A stretch of 64,000 nt of DNA from Fimbriimonadales bacterium (GTDB lineage Bacteria > Armatimonadota > Fimbriimonadia > Fimbriimonadales > JABRVX01). Positions within the stretch are counted from its first letter, which is position 1. Each line of letters opens with the position of its first letter. The translations under genes and the position numbers were made by a program. The notes under the pieces were generated by a model. That model made no database searches. It saw only the letters and a list, made by a program, of their open reading frames with translations, and was not told the origin of the DNA. This document shows positions 11,905 through 17,173 of the stretch, one piece after another. The stretch is taken from assembly GCA_045862955.1 (NCBI GenBank), contig BTVI01000011.1, positions 3,187-67,186 on the forward strand, read 5' to 3'.

Positions 11905-12011
11905 CGTCATGCTGAGCCTGTCGAAGCATGGGGCCGCCGGCCAAGCGTTTTCGAATTCACTAGGTGGCTGTGGCACTCACAGATGCATGCTTCGACAGGC
12001 TCAGCATGACG
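11905..12011. mobile_element. MITE-like unit: perfect 26-bp inverted repeat with 55-nt spacer
   Basis: CGTCATGCTGAGCCTGTCGAAGCATG (11905-11930) and its exact reverse complement (11986-12011). The arms belong to the same motif family as 8056 and 11498. Confidence 0.55.
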
Positions 12012-12132
12012 GTCCCGGACGGCTGCACGCTCTCACTGACCCATCCTCCTCCTGTGTTGTGGCAGCGCGCAGACCGGCTGGGTCGACGGCCTCCACCGGG
12101 TTGTTGGCGCAGTAGACGTACAGGTTCGCCAT
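12001..12132 (-). pseudogene. RHS core-end stub (orphan remnant)
   Basis: Minus-strand translation (M)ANLYVYCANNPVEAVDPAGLRAATTQEEDGSVRACSRPGPSC*. Carries the NLYxYxxNNPVxxxDPxGL core/toxin demarcation motif. Its 5' end abuts hairpin copy 12133-12157 and its stop lies in a MITE arm. Confidence 0.65.
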
Positions 12133-12257
12133 GCCTCCGCATCCGCGATGTGGAGGGTCGAGTAGCGACAGGAACCTACCATCCCTCCACATCCGCGATG
12201 TGGAGGGTCGAGTAGCGGTAGGAGCCTACCATCCCTCCGCATCCGCGATGTGGAGGG
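12133..12257 (+). repeat. Palindromic-hairpin tandem array II (3 units)
   Basis: Cores at 12133, 12183, 12233 (50-bp period), in the same orientation and with the same linker as array I. Confidence 0.9.
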
Positions 12258-12349
12258 ATAGCAGCAGCAGCAGCTCGTGCCCACTTGGTCCCAGGTATCA
12301 ACGCACCCCCCGTGTCGTAAGCGTCGGCACTACCATACCATCTACTCTA

Positions 12350-12902
12350 CCCTCCACATCGCGGATGTGGAGGGATTGAGGATAGCCGGATGTGGAGGGT
12401 AGAGTAGTGACAGCAACATCGTTCCCAGGCCACCGTGTGCGCTCACGCCTGGCGGAGCGCTGCGAGATACCGGGGCATCGCGTCCATCACTCCTCGTACC
12501 TTGCCATCCCTCCACATTCGCGATGTGGAGGGATAGCATCCCTGCATACCGGCTCATGCCAACTGCGTCCCAGGGATCAACGCACCCACCCCGTGTCGTG
12601 AGCGCCGTCACCACTACACCCTCCACATCGCGGATGTGGAGGGATGGCCCGTCACCACTACACCCTCCACATCGCGGATGTGGAGGGATGGCACGCATCA
12701 ACGGCCGACTGGCGACAGGCGCAGCCTAGGTCCTCGCTAGCTAGTTGAACCATGGGATCCAATCCCAGTGCCAGTGTTCTGGTGTACCGGGGTTCCCCCC
12801 GTGCGGACCCCACCAATTGCGTGGTGACAGGCCCCATTTGGGTTTGCCTCGCCATGTCCACCCTATTGCTATCCCTCCACATCGCGGATGTGGAGGGATA
12901 GC
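12350..12902. repeat. Dispersed and inverted copies of the same hairpin
   Basis: Cores at 12350 (inverted, loop CGCGG), 12386-12399 (right arm only), 12508 (loop TCGCG), 12619 and 12663 (inverted, 44 bp apart), 12873 (inverted). The last sits in a perfect 15-bp-arm palindrome at 12868-12902, GCTATCCCTCCACAT CGCGG ATGTGGAGGGATAGC. Confidence 0.85.
12741..12866 (-). pseudogene. Trp-rich tail fragment resembling the C-terminus of toxin domain A
   Basis: Minus frame reads IGWTWRGKPKWGLSPRNWWGPHGGNPGTPEHWHWDWIPWFN* (9 Trp in 41 codons). Compare toxin A tails ...HRWGPKGGPSTPWWKWPHYNRRPG...RPWEGW*. The 5' side is cut by hairpin 12868-12902. Confidence 0.35.
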
Positions 12903-12988
12903 GAACCTCGAACCGGTCGAGCTGCGAGGGGTCGGTAGCTACTGCTGGGATGTCCCCCTGCTTCACCATAGCGCTCGTGACGCTAGTC

Positions 12989-13339
12989 CTACCAACCGGC
13001 GCAGGCAAGGGCGATCGCCGCTACCGTCGCGAACAAAGCTAGTGTACAGAGGACGCTCGCAGACATGCACCCGTGACCGCGGTCCCACCTTGCCGCTGCT
13101 TCGCGCCAGTACTCGTCATTGAACCGCTCCGGCGGGGTCACGTACAGCTCCAGCATTCTAACCACCGTGGCCACCACCTTCACGCGCACCGGGCGACCAC
13201 AGGCATCCCATATTCGGTAGTCGACCTCCGTATCGGAGTCGTGGAACTCCATAGCCGCCCCAAGCTCCGCGGCGCTGGCGTAGGACGACGGCTCCTCGTC
13301 CAAGTAGTACTCCACAAGGAGCGGAAATTGCGGCTCCAA
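12989..13339 (-). CDS. Immunity protein A2 (cognate of toxin A2), C-terminal TM helix
   Basis: 116 aa, TTG start 4 nt after the toxin stop. Homologous to 15609..15959 (shared ...EF.DSD...DYR.WD...RPV.VK..AT....LELY..PP...). Ends in hydrophobic VLCTLALFATVAAIALACAG. Confidence 0.7.
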   Translation of the reverse strand: MEPQFPLLVEYYLDEEPSSYASAAELGAAMEFHDSDTEVDYRIWDACGRPVRVKVVATVVRMLELYVTPPERFNDEYWREAAARWDRGHGCMSASVLCTLALFATVAAIALACAGW

Positions 13340-13343
13340 GAGA

Positions 13344-13928
13344 CTACCAACCTTCCCAGGGCCGATGCCTTCCGATCCCGGGCCGCCGGTTGTAGTGCGG
13401 CCACTTCCACCACGGAGTCGATGGCCCGCCCTTGGGCCCCCACCTGTGTACGTCCAGCGAAAAGGTCCGGCTTCCGCGGTGGTAGAAACTCAGGCCGCCA
13501 CCTCCAGTATTGCGATAGCGCATGAGTTTGGCGCCGCGGCCCCACGCCGTACCACCCGCCTGTAGGCCCCCACCGATGCCAATTGAGACTCCGACCCCGA
13601 CTACCTGGCCACCCATGTACCAGCCGGAGCCAGTGTCCACGGTATCGGCAAGCCCTCCGAGGTCCCTAACGATCTCCGTACCTCCGAACGAGAGGAAATC
13701 CCCCATCCCTGCGAAGAAGTCGGTGAGGTTGTCGAACCAGTCCCTCGGCTTCGGAGTGATCTTCGAGACGAAGTCCGCGACTTCCTCCATGTCGTAGCCC
13801 GGGCCCTCCGCGGTCCACAGCCCGTCCCACCAGGGAGCAGGCGTGGCCGTACGCAACCCGGCGGGGTCCGCCGCTTCCACCGGGTTGTTGGCGCAGTAGG
13901 CACAGAGGCTCGGCGCGGAGTCTCGGCG
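13344..13928 (-). CDS. Orphan polymorphic-toxin cassette A2 (RHS junction + toxin domain A)
   Basis: The frame opens right after a TGA at 13929-13931: RRDSAPSLCAYCANNPVEAADPAGLRTATPAPWWDGLW...GGQVVGVGVSIGIGGGLQAGG...HRPWEGW*. Only about 17 core residues remain and there is no credible start codon or RBS. Confidence 0.75.
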   Translation of the reverse strand, partial: RRDSAPSLCAYCANNPVEAADPAGLRTATPAPWWDGLWTAEGPGYDMEEVADFVSKITPKPRDWFDNLTDFFAGMGDFLSFGGTEIVRDLGGLADTVDTGSGWYMGGQVVGVGVSIGIGGGLQAGGTAWGRGAKLMRYRNTGGGGLSFYHRGSRTFSLDVHRWGPKGGPSTPWWKWPHYNRRPGIGRHRPWEGW

Positions 13929-13932
13929 TCAC

Positions 13933-14394
13933 TCACGGTACGAACTCCATCGTGAGCATCCCGATCCAGGTGTGTCCTGGCGGTGGGGGGCCATCTGAGA
14001 GGTCCCATCCACCCCACGAATGCGCCATGAGATGATCGTGATCGGCCACTCCGCGCGCCAAGTGCCTTTCGATGACTTCTTGGATGACCGCTAGCCCTCG
14101 CGAGTCGGCAGCGATGCGTAGCTCAGTGCGCTCCGTCAGGCTGATTAGGATGTAGTGGTCCTCCGTGGTGGTCTCCGTGGCTGTCATAATTACGGCGTCT
14201 ATTAGCCTGTTCTTCCCCCACTGGGGCGTAGCGCAGGTCTCAACACTGCCCAACGCCGAGCTCCCGAAAAGTCTCTCCCCTCCAGATACTGCCAGCGCGC
14301 GAAGCGTGTCGGCCAGCAAGCGTCCACCATCGGCGTCGTAGATCAGATACGCCGTGGGTTCCGGCCGCGAATCGTCAATCTCTGCGCATATCAT
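13933..14394 (-). CDS. Immunity protein B (cognate of toxin B)
   Basis: 153 aa. ATG 13 nt after the toxin B stop, with GGAG RBS. No recognisable family. Position is typical of an immunity gene. Confidence 0.65.
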   Translation of the reverse strand: MICAEIDDSRPEPTAYLIYDADGGRLLADTLRALAVSGGERLFGSSALGSVETCATPQWGKNRLIDAVIMTATETTTEDHYILISLTERTELRIAADSRGLAVIQEVIERHLARGVADHDHLMAHSWGGWDLSDGPPPPGHTWIGMLTMEFVP

Positions 14395-14407
14395 CGGGCT
14401 TGCTCCA

Positions 14408-15301
14408 CTACTGCATCGGCCAGCGTCGCTTCTCGGGCCTTGGCTGCCCGGGGACCCTAGGGTAGTTCACATCCACATGAGGGCCGAAAGGTGGCCCATG
14501 ATCAGGATCTAGGTGATAGGAGAAGCCAGACCTTGGGTTGACGTAGCCACCTCGTCCAGAGACCGGATCAGGACCTCTCACGACAAACCCCTTCTTCCGA
14601 AACATCTCATCCAGTTCCCGGGGGGACTTGCCTTTGAACGGGCTCTGCCATCCTTCACCACCTGTTGCCCCAGCGATCGCGACGCCGATGCCGACGTAGT
14701 TCTCCAGAACCTGCTCGGCTCCGCGTGCCGCCGTCTGTCCGATGGCCCGGCTTCCGGCCCCATACTGATCGATTAGGTCGGCAAGTTCGTCGCCTTCCTC
14801 GGTACCGTCGCGGTACGGGTCACCCGTGATTGCCCCGAAACCAGTCGTACCAGGCGCCAGTTTCGTTTGGTTGTACCCCAGTGCCCACTTCAGCGCGTTC
14901 CACGGCAGGCTCAGGAGCCATTCGGTACCGCTTACGACGCGATCCCACCAGCTCTTTTCATCGGGCAGATTGGTGGCCCGCCCCAACGCCGAGAAGTGTC
15001 GCAGCCCGTCCGGGTCCGCCGCTTCCACGGGGTTGTTCGCGCAGTAGACGTACAGGTTCGGGTGGCCGCCCGCCATGCCGATGGGGTCGCGCTGCAGCCA
15101 GCGGCCCACCGTGGGGTCGTACTCCCTGGCCCCGGCGTGATACAGCCCCGTGGAAGCGATGTACCGGTACCCGACCGACCCGTTCCAGCGGAAGGGATTG
15201 TCATTCACCACGTTCGAGTGGCTCGCAACCAGGGTCCCCCACGCGTGTTGGAGCTCGGTCGGGCTACGCCCTCCCTCTCTCCAACACGCTCCGTGCCACA
15301 A
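14408..15301 (-). CDS. Orphan RHS C-terminal fragment: last ~70 aa of RHS core + ~190-aa toxin domain B
   Basis: NPFRWNGSVGYRYIASTGLYHAGAREYDPTVGRWLQRDPIGMAGGHPNLYVYCANNPVEAADPDGL, then a unique C-terminal domain ending ...GGYVNPRSGFSYHLDPDHGPPFGPHVDVNYPR.... The ORF is preceded by TGA TGA and its start is a TTG with no RBS. Confidence 0.8.
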   Translation of the reverse strand: MWHGACWREGGRSPTELQHAWGTLVASHSNVVNDNPFRWNGSVGYRYIASTGLYHAGAREYDPTVGRWLQRDPIGMAGGHPNLYVYCANNPVEAADPDGLRHFSALGRATNLPDEKSWWDRVVSGTEWLLSLPWNALKWALGYNQTKLAPGTTGFGAITGDPYRDGTEEGDELADLIDQYGAGSRAIGQTAARGAEQVLENYVGIGVAIAGATGGEGWQSPFKGKSPRELDEMFRKKGFVVRGPDPVSGRGGYVNPRSGFSYHLDPDHGPPFGPHVDVNYPRVPGQPRPEKRRWPMQ

Positions 15302-15388
15302 TCATCACCAACGCGGGAGGACTCACCTTAGGATGTCTTCCAAGAAGGGGGCAGGCCACCAGCTGCTCTTTAGGGGCTCCCCCTCTTC

Positions 15389-15544
15389 CTATACCACCAC
15401 GTGCACATGGAGTGTCGCCTGACGGGTCTCTCGATCAACCGCCGCCGGTACTAGGTCGAGCTCTCCATCGTGGATCAGCGATGCCAGTCGATCCAACTCG
15501 GCGCTGTCGTGAACCTCGAATAGGACTGTGCGGTCGTTCACCAT
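15389..15544 (-). CDS. Possible 51-codon ORF between cassettes
   Basis: Below ORF-track cutoff. ATG 15544: MVNDRTVLFEVHDSAELDRLASLIHDGELDLVPAAVDRETRQATLHVHVVV*. Could be an immunity or antitoxin remnant. Confidence 0.3.
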   Translation of the reverse strand: MVNDRTVLFEVHDSAELDRLASLIHDGELDLVPAAVDRETRQATLHVHVVV

Positions 15545-15608
15545 AGTGTTAGTTCAATCTGTCTCAGAGCGAAGCAGTGTGGGCCCAGGCGCCCAGCCCT
15601 AGCCCGTG

Positions 15609-15959
15609 TCAGGACAGTGACGCAAATGCAACCCAAGCCAGCACGAAGCCGATCGCCATGCCACTCCCAAGGAGTGCACAGCCGGGTTTCTGGCGTGCTG
15701 GGGTGGTCACTCGCCAGGACGGATCGGTGTAGTGCGCGGGCGGGTCTTCATACAACTCGAGCAGCTTCAGCTCGGTCGCCCAGGCCTTTACGTGCACAGG
15801 TCTATCTAGTCCATCCCACACCCGGTAATCTGGATCGTCCGAGTCGAAGAACTCCTGATCCGTTGCCAGCTCATCGCCTGAATCGTACAACGTGTCAGCA
15901 TCGGGCGGGTCGTATCTGAACTCCACACGAAACGGTGGCTGTGGTTGCTCCGGTTGCAC
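15609..15959 (-). CDS. Immunity protein A1 (cognate of toxin A1), C-terminal TM helix
   Basis: 116 aa, GTG start 3 nt after the toxin A1 stop. Paralog of 12989..13339. Ends in ALLGSGMAIGFVLAWVAFASL. Confidence 0.7.
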   Translation of the reverse strand: MQPEQPQPPFRVEFRYDPPDADTLYDSGDELATDQEFFDSDDPDYRVWDGLDRPVHVKAWATELKLLELYEDPPAHYTDPSWRVTTPARQKPGCALLGSGMAIGFVLAWVAFASLS

Positions 15960-15962
15960 TAC

Positions 15963-16975
15963 CTACCACCCTTGCCAGGGTCGATGGCGGCCTATGGCGC
16001 CACCTGGTCCTTCGAATCTCCTGTGATAGTGCGGCCACCTCCACCAGGGCGCTGGAGGTCCACCCTTCTTCGGCACCCACCTGTGGATGTCTGCCGTGAA
16101 CACTCGCTCTCCACGGTTGTAGAAGTTCAGGCCGCCACCTCCAGTATTGCGATAGCGCATGAGTTTGGCGCCGCGGCCCCACGCCGTACCACCCGCCTGT
16201 AGGCCCCCACCGATGCCAATTGAGACTCCGACCCCGACTACCTGGCCGCCCATGTACCATCCGGAGCCAGTGTCCACCACATCGCCAAGCCCTCCGAGGT
16301 CCCTAACGATCTCCGTACCTCCGAACGAGAGGAAATCCCCCATCCCTGCGAAGAAGTCGGTGAGGTTGTCGAACCAGTCCCTCGGCTTCGGAGTGATCTT
16401 CGAGACCAGCTCGGCAACGTCCTCCATGTCGTAGCCTGGGCCATCGTTCGTCCACAGCCCGGCCCACGCAGGTCCCCGGGTGGCCCGGCATCGCGGAGCT
16501 CGTGCGGGGCAGGCGACTCTGTAAAGTGCAGGAATGAACGGACCCCGTCAGGATCGATTGGATGACCCGTGGTGGTTGAGAACGCTAGCGCTGAGCCGTC
16601 CACATCGTAGACGTAGTAGCGGTCAGCCCACCCCGTTCCGTCGTGGAACCAGTTCAGACCCTTGCTAGCCGCCTCGCCAACTTGCTTCAGGTGGATGAAG
16701 GCAGTTCCGAGCAGGTTGCCGATCGCGCGATTGGCGCCGTGCTCGTTTGCCTGAGGAGCTATGACGAAGGACAGGTCAATGGGCAGTTGGCCGACAACCG
16801 GTGCAGACAGCGCTATGCGCCCGCCGCCGGTAAAGGCACCCCCGGCTCGCCACTGCGTCTGTGGCGTCTGGTCTGGAATCGTGCTCTGCGCCCGGACAAA
16901 GGCAGCGCTTGGTGCGAATAGCACCCCGAGTAACGCGATTCCTCTTGTCACGAAGGAGACCATCATCGTCCGCAT
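15963..16975 (-). pseudogene. Signal-peptide mini-RHS-like toxin A1, frameshifted at the DPxGL junction
   Basis: ATG 16975 (GGAGGG RBS): MRTMMVSFVTRGIALLGVLFAPSAAFVRAQS...RYYVYDVDGSALAF...SPAPHELRDAG. The frame then changes at 16483/16484 into ...ATRGPAWAGLWTNDGPGYDMEDV...toxin A. Both frames are open across the junction. Confidence 0.65.
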
Positions 16976-17109
16976 GAACGAACCCTCCGTTGTCGTTTCG
17001 CCAGTGACGCTTCGCGAAATGGCGTACACGGTCATTCTGCCAGCATACGGCTTCTTCCTGCCAGGTACTTTTACGGGTTTTCGCCTTCTTGACGCGCAGC
17101 CCAACCGCA

Positions 17110-17142
17110 ACCGGCCCGGGGGAGGTGGTTGCCCGGGCCGGT
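17110..17142 (-). terminator. Hairpin terminator after the PFOR operon
   Basis: ACCGGCCCGGG ... CCCGGGCCGGT (11-bp stem, 11-nt loop), 32 nt after stop 17174. Followed on the minus strand by TTGCGGTTGG. Confidence 0.5.
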
Positions 17143-17173
17143 AGGTGTCGGGTCTAAGGAGGAGGGAGGTGCG

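Noticed and set aside
12121-12157. Possible derivation of the 25-nt array linker from the RHS core-end sequence (shared AGTAG, ACAGG, CCAT blocks)
   Set aside because: Only about 10/25 ungapped matches. The best blocks need gaps, and the ATGG belongs to the repeat flank. Indistinguishable from chance by hand.
11619-12257. CRISPR array (25-nt palindromic repeat with 25-nt intervening segments at a 50-bp period)
   Set aside because: The intervening segments are near-identical variants of one sequence rather than unique spacers. The repeat is short. Copies also occur inverted and solitary nearby. No cas genes or leader are present.
11792-13008. Several 60-120-aa ORFs on both strands (translations containing PSTSAMWRD / PPHPRCGG)
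   Set aside because: They are read-throughs of the palindromic repeats, and the repeated peptide strings are just the hairpin translated. A 50-bp period is incompatible with coding.
11447-16975. Integron-like cassette array with the hairpins acting as attC sites
   Set aside because: The hairpins are clustered at the end of the array rather than between cassettes. No integrase or attI is present. The cassettes are explained by RHS tip displacement.
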